Part shown: piece by piece, positions 8,583 through 18,107 of the stretch
Layout of the letters: each line of letters opens with the position of its first letter
How positions within the stretch are numbered: position 1 is the first letter of the stretch
Source: Candidatus Poribacteria bacterium
Lineage (GTDB): Bacteria; Poribacteria; WGA-4E; WGA-3G
Length of the DNA: 64,000 nt
Assembly (NCBI GenBank): GCA_958295815.1
Contig: OY282374.1
Span: 2,882,856-2,946,855 of the forward strand
Direction: 5' to 3'
Made by a program: the position numbers and the translations under genes
Notes under the pieces: model-generated
What the model was told of the DNA's origin: nothing
Database searches by the model: none
Seen by the model: the letters and a program-made list of their open reading frames with translations, nothing else

Positions 8583-11000
8583 TCAAGTTAATCCGATCCG
8601 CTTACGCAAGAACCATTCAGTGCCTAACAGCCCAACAACCGCAATGAGTACCAGTGGATGTGTCCAGAGTTCACGTTCAGCATCGACGAATACCGGATTT
8701 TGGACTTTGGCAACGTTCTCAGGAAGCGATTCTGCCTCGGCTATCGTAAAATAGGCACCACCGGTCTGTTCGGTGAGTTGTTTTAGCAGTGTTTCATTGA
8801 GTTGTGGTGTCTCCAACTCTGCAAGCTGCGGATGTGCATAAATTTCGATTTGATCTTCGCCCAACGTAAGGTTTCCACTTCTGCCGACCGCCTTAATACG
8901 ATAAGTTCCTTTCTGTAATAACTCGAATTGAGCAGTATAGAGATTTCCGATGTTAGAGATTACGCTTTGTTGCGATGCTAATCCGTTTGTATTCTCAATT
9001 GCACTGCGGATTTGGAGTCGAAAGGGTGCTCCCTCAGGTGGTATAGCCTCAATCTGAACTGTCGCGTCAGTTTGCCGTTGATAGGTTTCAGAATACAGAT
9101 ACGCCGTCACTTTGGCTGTATCCCCTATCGTATAGGTTTCGGCATCTGCGGAGAGGTAGAGTTTCTCATCATCGGTGTCGGTTGCCATCCACCGGATCAC
9201 TTGTGCCCAAAATCGTGGATAGATAGACCGGTAGCGACTGTTTTTAAAGGTTTTGACTCCGAAATCCCAATTCCAGAGACCCTCTGCCGCAATAAGGAGA
9301 CTTTTACCTAAACCTGATCTCTGAAGGACCAGAAGAGGCACACCCTTTCCATCCTCCATAAGGGCAGTCGCGCCACCTCTGAGACGGAAACCACTAAAAG
9401 ATCGCGATAAGGAAACGGGCAGGTTTTGCCATAAGGTAGCATTATTTCCGACCAGTCCGTCGGTGCCGTTTCTCTGTGCGCTCTGCTTTTCAGCAATCTG
9501 GAGCATCGGATGGAACGCCCCAGATTGGGTCAACTGTAGCGTGAATTCTGTGTCGTGTATACGGCACCCCCTCGCCGGTATGTCAACCGGCAAAAGTTGC
9601 GCCAATTCCGTGTTTTTAAGTCCATTTACACCGAGCGTATTCCGGGAAGCGAGAAAAATAATAGGTTTGCCTTGCATCTCAACGAAATCAACAATCGCGA
9701 GTTGCTGTGCCGTGGTAAGATGTGCTTCCCCCAAATCCCCTAAAATCAGCACATCGTATTTAGCGAGTTCAGTTCGCGTTTCAGGGAATCGCGGTGTTTC
9801 GGATGCTGGTGTGGTTTGCGGGTAATACCCATCTAAGCGTTTGATCGCTGTATCTGCAGGCGTTTGCCCTGATTTGCTACGCGATAAGATTGCATAAGTC
9901 GCTTCAACATCCGGGTCTCGCTCCAATGCCCGTTTTAAGAAAGTGGAATCCCATCTGGGTCTGCCTTCGAGATAGAAGACGCTGAGTTTCGCTTTCACGA
10001 CTTTCACGGAAAACGTCTTTTGATTGTTCGCCTCTGTCAGTTCACCATCGAGTGCTGGAAGTGTGACCGTATATTGGAAGTTTCCCTCAGTCTGAGGTGT
10101 CAACTTCAGTTCGATCACCTGTTTTGTGGTTGTATTCGCTTGCGTGCTTTCCGTATTAGATTCAAAGGTTAGCGTTGCAGCATCTATGAGTGTATTTTCA
10201 TTTACTTCACGCAAAGACAGTCGCGTCGTCTTGCCGGTGTACCCCGTTTGTGTTACATTCACACGAACAATGCTCTCATGACCTGTGTAGGCGACGGGTG
10301 CGTAATCAATGTGTTGAATTTGAATATCTTTTGGTGGATCCACAGCACCTACACCGACAGCATAGATCGGCACGTCCAAAGCAGTAATCGCATCTAAAGG
10401 GAACTGTCCAGAATTGTGCCCGCCATCAGTAATTAGGACAATACCAGCAGTCTGCTGCCCTTTCCATGTAGATGCTGCCTCTTGTATTGCTTTTCCAACA
10501 TTGGTGAGTGCGCCTTCAGGTTCAAACTGTGGGATTTCGGCATTAACATTAACATCTTGCCCAAGCGGAACACTCTGATGTAGTCCCGTATCGAAAGGAT
10601 AAAGATGCACCTCAAATCGATTTCGCAGTGTCTGAAGGAATTCCCCCGGAATATCAAATAGGAGTCGGTTTACCTGACGCAGTCTCGACTCCGGTATTTC
10701 ATCAGTGGGGACATCCACGAGCTCCATACTTCGCGACGTATCTACCAGAATGGAGAGGTGTGTCGGTGGTGTGATGTCCCTTTTTTCGATAACGATGGGG
10801 GCTAAAAGACAAGCAAGCAGGATTGACGCAGCGAAGATTCGCAGTACAACGAGCAAAACCCGATACCTCGGATGTATAGGACGTGCTACCCGGAAGTAGA
10901 CGAACACGGTTATGCCAATGGCAATACCGATACCGAGTGCAACTGCCCACCCGGGCCAAAAATAGGTGAATCGCATATCTCTCCTAATTCCTTTCTCCAC
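8583..11000 (-). CDS. BatA-like aerotolerance-regulator N-terminal double-TM domain protein with VWA domain
   Basis: N-terminal double transmembrane segment (TIGR02226/PF07584-like). VWA MIDAS motif LVDTSRSM. Long C-terminal extension. Confidence 0.7.
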   Translation of the reverse strand: MEKGIRRDMRFTYFWPGWAVALGIGIAIGITVFVYFRVARPIHPRYRVLLVVLRIFAASILLACLLAPIVIEKRDITPPTHLSILVDTSRSMELVDVPTDEIPESRLRQVNRLLFDIPGEFLQTLRNRFEVHLYPFDTGLHQSVPLGQDVNVNAEIPQFEPEGALTNVGKAIQEAASTWKGQQTAGIVLITDGGHNSGQFPLDAITALDVPIYAVGVGAVDPPKDIQIQHIDYAPVAYTGHESIVRVNVTQTGYTGKTTRLSLREVNENTLIDAATLTFESNTESTQANTTTKQVIELKLTPQTEGNFQYTVTLPALDGELTEANNQKTFSVKVVKAKLSVFYLEGRPRWDSTFLKRALERDPDVEATYAILSRSKSGQTPADTAIKRLDGYYPQTTPASETPRFPETRTELAKYDVLILGDLGEAHLTTAQQLAIVDFVEMQGKPIIFLASRNTLGVNGLKNTELAQLLPVDIPARGCRIHDTEFTLQLTQSGAFHPMLQIAEKQSAQRNGTDGLVGNNATLWQNLPVSLSRSFSGFRLRGGATALMEDGKGVPLLVLQRSGLGKSLLIAAEGLWNWDFGVKTFKNSRYRSIYPRFWAQVIRWMATDTDDEKLYLSADAETYTIGDTAKVTAYLYSETYQRQTDATVQIEAIPPEGAPFRLQIRSAIENTNGLASQQSVISNIGNLYTAQFELLQKGTYRIKAVGRSGNLTLGEDQIEIYAHPQLAELETPQLNETLLKQLTEQTGGAYFTIAEAESLPENVAKVQNPVFVDAERELWTHPLVLIAVVGLLGTEWFLRKRIGLT

Positions 11001-11045
11001 ATATTATAGTGTAATTAGGGGAGAGATGTCAAACGGAATTTCAGT

Positions 11046-11103
11046 TGTGGGTTATAAGTTATAGGGAGTTATAAGTTATAGGTTAGTAAGTTATAAGTTA
11101 AGA
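11046..11103 (+). repeat. Degenerate short iterons (GTTATAAGTTATAG repeated about 4x) in a divergent promoter region
   Basis: GGGTTATAAGTTATAGGGAGTTATAAGTTATAGGTTAGTAAGTTATAAGTTAAGAG. Confidence 0.6.
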
Positions 11104-11165
11104 GTCGGGAACGGAGTTCCGTCCTACAGAAAAATAAAATGTCCTGACGATATTCGTAAGTAAGG

Positions 11166-11195
11166 TTGACAATTTGCAAAGTGCTGTGATAAAAT
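11166..11195 (+). promoter_or_regulatory. Sigma70-type promoter (TTGACA, 17-18 nt spacer, TAAAAT) for the 11236-12164 operon
   Basis: TTGACA at 11166-11171 and TAAAAT at 11190-11195. Downstream GGAG RBS 6 nt before the ATG at 11236. Confidence 0.6.
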
Positions 11196-11235
11196 ATGCT
11201 TAATCCAAATTCTTTTATAGGCATGGAGCAGAATA

Positions 11236-11609
11236 TGGCACCGGAAAATAATAACGAGAGTGCAGTCGAAACCGAAGATTCGACCCAGGCAGAGAGTGGC
11301 GTTATCATCAATGCCGTTCAGATGCAATCGCTCGATATTAGTGATCGGTTCAACCGGGTGAAAACAGAGACGGGTTGGAAAATCAAGTTAGAAGCAACAG
11401 CGCGTGTCACTATTAATTTCATGACAAGTATGCGGAAATTTGAAATAACATTGATGGAAAATGACGTTATTGAGCGGGATGGGGACGACCTGATTTTGCT
11501 TCGCAACCAACCGACAGACGCGTACCGCTCACAGCGGAGCGTATCGCCGCTTGCCCGAAGTCGTGGACAGACGCTCGCCTCTGAACCAGAAGAAGGTAAG
11601 ACAGTTTAA
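11236..11609 (+). CDS. Hypothetical small acidic protein
   Basis: Start chosen at the ATG with a GGAG RBS (the ORF-track start at 11196 overlaps the promoter -10). No known domain. Confidence 0.5.
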
Positions 11610-11639
11610 TTCTATTTTCGTAGAAAGGTATAGAGGATT

Positions 11640-12164
11640 GTGTCCATTTTAGACCGCATCTATCGGCTTCTTTCCAGTTTAAAGGGCGGCACGATGATCC
11701 CAACGGAGATAGTGCTGAGTTCGGGAAGTTATGCGCAAATTGCATCTGAACTTTCCGAAAGACTTGGCTCTCCAGGGATATCACATTTGCAATTGGCGCA
11801 CCACCTCGCCCTAACAGTCTCTATCCAACAAGAAAATACGGATTTGGTTATCCTAAAGGAGTTAATTCCGAACCCGTGTCCAATTTGTCACCACCGGTTG
11901 ACGTTTCTTCGGGAGACGATTGAACGTTTCGAGAACGAAGGCTCCTGCTCGATTCGCTGCCCGATGGGTCACCGTTATCAAGGCGAGTTGAAGGTCTATT
12001 ACCTGAACATTTTTGAAGAAAATGATATCGAACTGGAAAAGCCAGTAAAGAAGTGTCCAGACTGCGGGAGCAAGAACATCCAGTATTTAGGACCCAAGGT
12101 GATGTTCTGCCTTGATTGTGATTGGGATAGTGGTATGGAGCCGCGGTATCAGATCCATAGGTAA
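11640..12164 (+). CDS. Hypothetical zinc-ribbon protein (three CxxC pairs)
   Basis: GTG start with a GAGG RBS. Motifs CPICHH...CSIRCPMGH...CPDCGS...CLDCDW. Co-transcribed with the 11236 gene. Confidence 0.55.
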   Translation: MSILDRIYRLLSSLKGGTMIPTEIVLSSGSYAQIASELSERLGSPGISHLQLAHHLALTVSIQQENTDLVILKELIPNPCPICHHRLTFLRETIERFENEGSCSIRCPMGHRYQGELKVYYLNIFEENDIELEKPVKKCPDCGSKNIQYLGPKVMFCLDCDWDSGMEPRYQIHR

Positions 12165-12188
12165 TAGGTGCGCTTGGGAGCGCACCTA
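12165..12188. terminator. Bidirectional stem-loop between convergent genes (TAGGTGCGC-TTGGGA-GCGCACCTA)
   Basis: Perfect 9-bp stem between the zinc-ribbon gene (+) and groEL (-). No clear U-tract on either strand. Confidence 0.45.
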
Positions 12189-12200
12189 TCGTAAATTCGT

Positions 12201-13850
<1,650 letters not shown>

Positions 13851-13910
13851 TTAGTTTTTTGTGTTTAATGTTAAATATAAAAGATATTGCGCATAGAAAT
13901 CGCTGCTATA

Positions 13911-13939
13911 ATTATAGCATGTACACTGCATAAAGTCAA
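13911..13939 (-). promoter_or_regulatory. Sigma70 promoter for groEL (TTGACT-17-TATAAT)
   Basis: On the minus strand, TTGACT (13934-13939), a 17-nt spacer and TATAAT (13911-13916). AGGAGG RBS 6 nt before the groEL ATG. No CIRCE inverted repeat is visible. Confidence 0.6.
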
Positions 13940-13961
13940 TTTTTTATAGGAGCAGATGGAC

Positions 13962-13993
13962 ACAAAAAAAAAAGGCGAGGTCAGGAACCTCGC
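13962..13993 (-). terminator. Rho-independent terminator of gene 14016-14747
   Basis: On the minus strand, hairpin GGCGAGGTTCCTGACCTCGCC followed by T10. Confidence 0.8.
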
Positions 13994-14015
13994 CAATCAG
14001 GTAAAACAAAAGTGG

Positions 14016-14747
14016 TTAGAATCCACGCGAATCTTTCAAACTTCCCCAAGTGACTGACAATTTCCCGACGGGATCTACATCAAGCGTCGCCTCACCCAAT
14101 GTAATCGCTGGAATGATAGGCACCGACCCTAATTCCAAGGAAAGGATGTCTATCGTTTCGATCCAAATATCGGGGCGCGGGTTTTCCCACTTTGTGGTAA
14201 TCAACCCGGCGTGTCCACAAGGACCGCCTTCTTTCATTACCCATCCCCAGACGGAGTTATCGTCTTGGAGTGCAGCATCGTCGTGGCACCAATCATCTGA
14301 GTTGAACCCTGAAATCATCTCCAGTTCTTCTTTCTTCCCGTCTCGGTAGTTCATGACAAACACATAACTTGGAACGCCGTTCTGTTCCCATCCGGTTGCG
14401 TGGAGAAAATAGACGAATTTCGCCTGGCCTTCGACGACGATATCGTTGACCGCCTTGGGCCATTTTGCTGCGTTCGTTCCAAAAACGACGATGGCACCAT
14501 CAATAATTTTGAATTCGACTTTGCCATCAGGTCCCTCAAACTCGTCAACCTTATCGATAGGCAAGCGAGAAAGTGTGCTGTCCCCTGGGTTCAGTGTCCA
14601 CCACTCGTGCTTGACCAGTTTCGTGTTTGAGAAGGGTTCTAAGTCAACAAATATCCAATCCTCTAACGCCGCGGTAGCGATTCCTGTGGAAAAGAGGCTG
14701 ACAGCACATAGCAGTACAATCAGTCCTGACAATTTAACCAGTTTCAT
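14016..14747 (-). CDS. Hypothetical secreted protein
   Basis: Signal peptide MKLVKLSGLIVLLCAVSLFSTGIATA. GGAGGA RBS. Driven by promoter/operator module copy 1. Confidence 0.6.
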   Translation of the reverse strand: MKLVKLSGLIVLLCAVSLFSTGIATAALEDWIFVDLEPFSNTKLVKHEWWTLNPGDSTLSRLPIDKVDEFEGPDGKVEFKIIDGAIVVFGTNAAKWPKAVNDIVVEGQAKFVYFLHATGWEQNGVPSYVFVMNYRDGKKEELEMISGFNSDDWCHDDAALQDDNSVWGWVMKEGGPCGHAGLITTKWENPRPDIWIETIDILSLELGSVPIIPAITLGEATLDVDPVGKLSVTWGSLKDSRGF

Positions 14748-14773
14748 GACGGATTCCTCCGATGTTAGTTTGT

Positions 14774-14848
14774 GGGATAGTATAACAGGAGTATAGACTG
14801 GTGTCTATAAATTTTGGAGGGTGTGCCAGAGAGGTTTTACGCGTCGGG
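14774..14848 (-). promoter_or_regulatory. Promoter/operator module copy 1 (TAGACA-17-TATACT on the minus strand; palindrome TATAGACTGGTGTCTATA at 14792-14809)
   Basis: About 75-bp element repeated at 16659-16740, 52325-52375 and, degenerate, at 15261-15305. The perfect 7-4-7 palindrome overlaps the -35. Confidence 0.6.
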
Positions 14849-15124
14849 TTCGTCATCTCCATATCCGCGTGCAAGGGTCTGCATAGAGAGCCGATACCAT
14901 CCTTCACGATCCAGCGATTCTTGTTCCGATTCATATTTGTCAATGAGCACCTCAACGATTTCCATTAACGAAGCCAATGGATGATTTTCATTTTCGCCGA
15001 TGAGTTCTATTAAGTGGTCTCGCAAAACAGAAAGCCGCTGATAATCGCTTTCTGTGCGTGGGACAAATATAATAGGAGTCAGTTGTGGCCATATATCTTG
15101 AGCGGTTTGTATCTCGGTTAGCAT
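14837..15124 (-). CDS. HigA-antitoxin N-terminal-domain-like protein (no HTH)
   Basis: AAGGAG RBS 5 nt upstream. The pattern LTPIIFVPRTESDYQRLSVLRDHLIELIGENENHPLASLMEIVEVLIDKYE parallels the E. coli HigA N-terminal region (APFLAGIQNEEQYTQALELVDHLLLNDPENPLLDLVCAKITAWEE). Confidence 0.45.
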   Translation of the reverse strand: MLTEIQTAQDIWPQLTPIIFVPRTESDYQRLSVLRDHLIELIGENENHPLASLMEIVEVLIDKYESEQESLDREGWYRLSMQTLARGYGDDEPDA

Positions 15125-15260
15125 ATTAACTCCTTGTTAATATTCCAAAAATTCTCCAAAATCTAATGGTTGTAACGTGAAATCGACACAAACAGGCAGT
15201 AATCGACATCCAGTGTCCAATGACATTTAATTGATATATCGGACTCGCGCTACGCCAATC

Positions 15261-15305
15261 TCTGGAATAGTATAACACAATTGAAATGATGTCTACAAAT
15301 TCTGA
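15261..15305 (-). promoter_or_regulatory. Degenerate copy of the promoter/operator module upstream of the HigA-like gene
   Basis: GGAATAGTATAACA...GATGTCTACAAATTCTG aligns with module copies 1 and 2. On the minus strand it gives TAGACA, about 15 nt, then TATACT. Confidence 0.4.
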
Positions 15306-15346
15306 TAGAAGGGTAGGAGAGCCTTTACGGCAGGCACACATCGAAA

Positions 15347-16435
15347 TTAATTTCTGCGATGTTTGTTGTAGGCAAATTCAAGAACAGGGAGAAGTTCAGA
15401 TATGGTTTTAGCTACACGATAATAGACAAAATGGACTGGTCCATGTTTGCTAATACGACAAAATTCACATCCATACTGACGTCTCAATTGTTCTGCCTCC
15501 ACTTCCACTATTCGGACAAAAACTTCAAGTGGATTCTGTCCACTAAGAATAAGTCCAAACGGTCTCTCTATTTTCAGGCTTCCCCTATATCCGAGAAAAA
15601 AACCACAACCAAAAAGACTGTTAGCAACATCCCTAAATCGCAGTTTTAATTCCCACTGTTCTTTTATAATTAAATTTATTAAGTCTGCTGAGCCTTTATA
15701 AAACGCTTCGTATACCTCTATAAGATATTTTGACTGACAGCGCTCGCTAAACCTTTGAGGTGCTGAATTTTTAACCTTCGATGCAGTCCACACACCTGTC
15801 CCAAGAAGTGTAATAAATCCAGAAGAATCTATTACCTCTGTGTGTGTCAACTCGTTACCAATTCCATCGTCATAAGGATCAGTTCTATGATTAATTGGAC
15901 TAGGTTCGGGAATATCTACTGTCCCTCGCTCCTCTAATGCGATTTCAGCATTCAATTCTGCTTCACCGGATGCCACATTCGATTTTAGGAGATATTTTTC
16001 CAAATTAGAGATAGCATTCTCCCGATTTTCAATATCGGTTTCGCAAAAAATTCTGTCACTCAAACTGGAGGCTTCCCACCGAGAGAGATAAAACCGCCAG
16101 AGTTTTCCGTTCGTAATTATGGCAAGCGGAATATTTCCGCTATAAGCGTAAAAACAGATTTGCTGCTGGTTTCTTTCGATTGGTTGATCCCATCGCTTGC
16201 ATTCAATGAGCACCGCAGGACTTTCTTCTCGTATGATGTGTAAGGCATAATCAGCCCTTCTACTTTCAACCTTATATTCCGGCAAGATTTCCATAGACGC
16301 TAAATTGGTATCATCCCACCCTAAAGCCCGCAGAATTGGTAAGACAACATATTGCTGAATGGTCGCCTCATTGGCTTCCTCTAAGTGGTGCTTGTGCTCA
16401 AGAATATGGGAAATCGTGTTTCTCAAATCATTCAT
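15347..16435 (-). CDS. HsdR_N / PD-(D/E)xK nuclease-domain protein with a C-terminal domain of unknown function
   Basis: VLPILRALGW...EYKVESRRADYALHI...PAVLIECKRW...NGKLWRFY matches the type I restriction-enzyme R-subunit N-terminal / Mrr-like D...E-x-K core. Start uncertain (16435 or 16492). Confidence 0.6.
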   Translation of the reverse strand: MNDLRNTISHILEHKHHLEEANEATIQQYVVLPILRALGWDDTNLASMEILPEYKVESRRADYALHIIREESPAVLIECKRWDQPIERNQQQICFYAYSGNIPLAIITNGKLWRFYLSRWEASSLSDRIFCETDIENRENAISNLEKYLLKSNVASGEAELNAEIALEERGTVDIPEPSPINHRTDPYDDGIGNELTHTEVIDSSGFITLLGTGVWTASKVKNSAPQRFSERCQSKYLIEVYEAFYKGSADLINLIIKEQWELKLRFRDVANSLFGCGFFLGYRGSLKIERPFGLILSGQNPLEVFVRIVEVEAEQLRRQYGCEFCRISKHGPVHFVYYRVAKTISELLPVLEFAYNKHRRN

Positions 16436-16490
16436 GCAAAATTTTCCTAAGTTGTAAGAATTGATAAAATTTCTGGCAGGACTAACACAC

Positions 16491-16568
16491 ATGTCGCCCC
16501 GCTGGGGCTAAAGCGGGGAACAGCATCTGCCACTATAGACATATCGCCCCGCTCGGGCTTTAACACAT
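16491..16568 (-). promoter_or_regulatory. Structured 5' leader with duplicated GC hairpins (GCCCCGC...GCGGGGC) ahead of gene 15347-16435
   Basis: Two direct repeats (ATGTCGCCCCGCTGGGG / ATATCGCCCCGCTCGGG) form 6-7-bp GC stems between the promoter module and the start codon. Confidence 0.35.
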
Positions 16569-16658
16569 TTTCGAGTCGGCTTAAAAGTTTCCCCGACGAT
16601 TGATGAAAAGGCATCTAAAAACGTGAGGAAATAACATTTATTATTTTAAGGTAGCAAC

Positions 16659-16740
16659 TTGGATTAGTATAACAGGGATTATAAACTGGTGTCTATAAAT
16701 TTTGGAGGGTATGCCAGAGGGATTCTGCGCGTAGGTTAGA
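16659..16740 (-). promoter_or_regulatory. Promoter/operator module copy 2 (TAGACA-17-TATACT on the minus strand; core TTATAAACTGGTGTCTATAA)
   Basis: Near-identical to 14774-14848. Its upstream flank is fused to the TAGCAACTTGGATTA tail of the 100-bp repeat family. Confidence 0.55.
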
Positions 16741-16758
16741 TTGAAAAGGTTACATAGT

Positions 16759-17844
16759 TTAATGGGATTTTTTTAGTTCTCCCCAGTGCGTTGGAAGTTT
16801 GTCTTTTGCTTCAACGGGACGAAAGCCGGTATCATATGCCTCAACAATTGGCGAGAATCTTCCGGCTCCCATGTAACCACCTAAGGCATAGATTGTACCA
16901 TTAACAACAACCGTCATTGTAGTTTTTAGGCTTGTCATTGGCTCTATTTTGCGCCATGTGTTGACTGTTGGATCATAAATATCAACATTACCGATGTATT
17001 TAAGCTCATTTTCCAACCTCATACCACCTATTGTATACACCTCATTATCGACAGCAACGGTTTCAAACCAGCCTTTGAACATTGGCATGTCAGGGAGCTG
17101 ACGCCACTTGTCGGTCTTTGGATTATATTCTTCAATACTTTTAACGAAACGTTCGGGAAGACCGGGGACCCACCGCCAAGTATAACCACCGAGAACATAA
17201 ATTTTACCGCCTACAACGACAGCATCAGTCTGCCCTCGTTCTGTCGGCATGTCTGCGCGCTTCTCCCATCTATTAGTCAACGGATCATAGACCTCAACGA
17301 GACCTGTTGCCTCACCATCACCAAGTTTTTTGTCGAGAACACGTCCACCGATGACGTATATCTTTCCATCAACGACAGCGGTAGTGAAGCCGTCACGAAG
17401 TATTGGCATATTCCGCTTTTTGACCCATGTGTCGGTTCCTGTGTCATACATCTCGACGTTCTTTTTGTATCTCCTCGCACCCCGATGGCCTTTTCGATCA
17501 TATCCTCCAAACACATAGATTTCGTTGGAAAAAACTGCAGTTTGCGGCGTAACCCGCGGTGTTGGCATATTTGCAGCTGCGTGCCATGTCTTCGTCTGCG
17601 TGTCGTAGACATCTACTGTTGAAAGCGCAGGCGCACCACCCCCTAAATTTTCATGGTGATCGAAACCACCAATGAGATAAATTTCACCCTTGACAACAGC
17701 AGCGGCATCACCTATGCGCCATGTTGGCAGTTCGGACACCTGTTCCCAATCACGAGCAAAACTGCTGGAAACAACAACGAGTAAGAGGGTAAAAACCCAT
17801 TGCAAATACCTGTATTTTGCGAGCATAATGTTCTCCTTAGACAT
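16759..17844 (-). CDS. Kelch-repeat beta-propeller protein (secreted)
   Basis: Signal peptide. Repeated GG-Y/F-D blocks with the W/Y spacing typical of Kelch blades. Confidence 0.8.
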   Translation of the reverse strand: MSKENIMLAKYRYLQWVFTLLLVVVSSSFARDWEQVSELPTWRIGDAAAVVKGEIYLIGGFDHHENLGGGAPALSTVDVYDTQTKTWHAAANMPTPRVTPQTAVFSNEIYVFGGYDRKGHRGARRYKKNVEMYDTGTDTWVKKRNMPILRDGFTTAVVDGKIYVIGGRVLDKKLGDGEATGLVEVYDPLTNRWEKRADMPTERGQTDAVVVGGKIYVLGGYTWRWVPGLPERFVKSIEEYNPKTDKWRQLPDMPMFKGWFETVAVDNEVYTIGGMRLENELKYIGNVDIYDPTVNTWRKIEPMTSLKTTMTVVVNGTIYALGGYMGAGRFSPIVEAYDTGFRPVEAKDKLPTHWGELKKSH

Positions 17845-18107
17845 TTATGACACGTGTGTTTGACATAGAAGTGTTCAGAAAGAGGACTCCTTACTATTGT
17901 TAAAGTGTTAAAGACGCAATTTTAGGGTGGAAAAGGTGCATAATTTGGGAAAAATGACAAAATAGTTTTCAGGAAGGACGTTGGGTTCACTCTCGCGCCT
18001 TTAAAGGAGAATCGCAGATGAAGACTGTCGTATTTTGGATGTATAGTGTTTCATCTCCGCCCGTTCAACCCAACCTACGTGTCAATCTTTAATATTGAAC
18101 TTACGTT

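Noticed and set aside
14799-14990. Plus-strand small ORF starting at GGAGGGT-GTG inside promoter-module copy 1 (and the 7-aa mini-ORF at 16712-16735 in copy 2)
   Set aside because: The GGAGGG + GTG/ATG arrangement is conserved in copies 1 and 2, but the downstream reading frames differ completely (about 60 aa versus 7 aa). The plus-strand ORF would be antisense to the HigA-like gene. It is more likely a coincidental feature of the module than a coding leader peptide, though a regulatory uORF cannot be excluded.
15126-15341. 71-aa ORF upstream of the HigA-like gene
   Set aside because: It spans the degenerate promoter-module copy (15261-15305). Its stop overlaps the RBS of the downstream gene. 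It has poor codon character and no RBS of its own.
15359-15649. 96-aa plus-strand ORF
   Set aside because: It is antisense to the far longer HsdR_N-domain gene, and is an AT-rich low-complexity translation.
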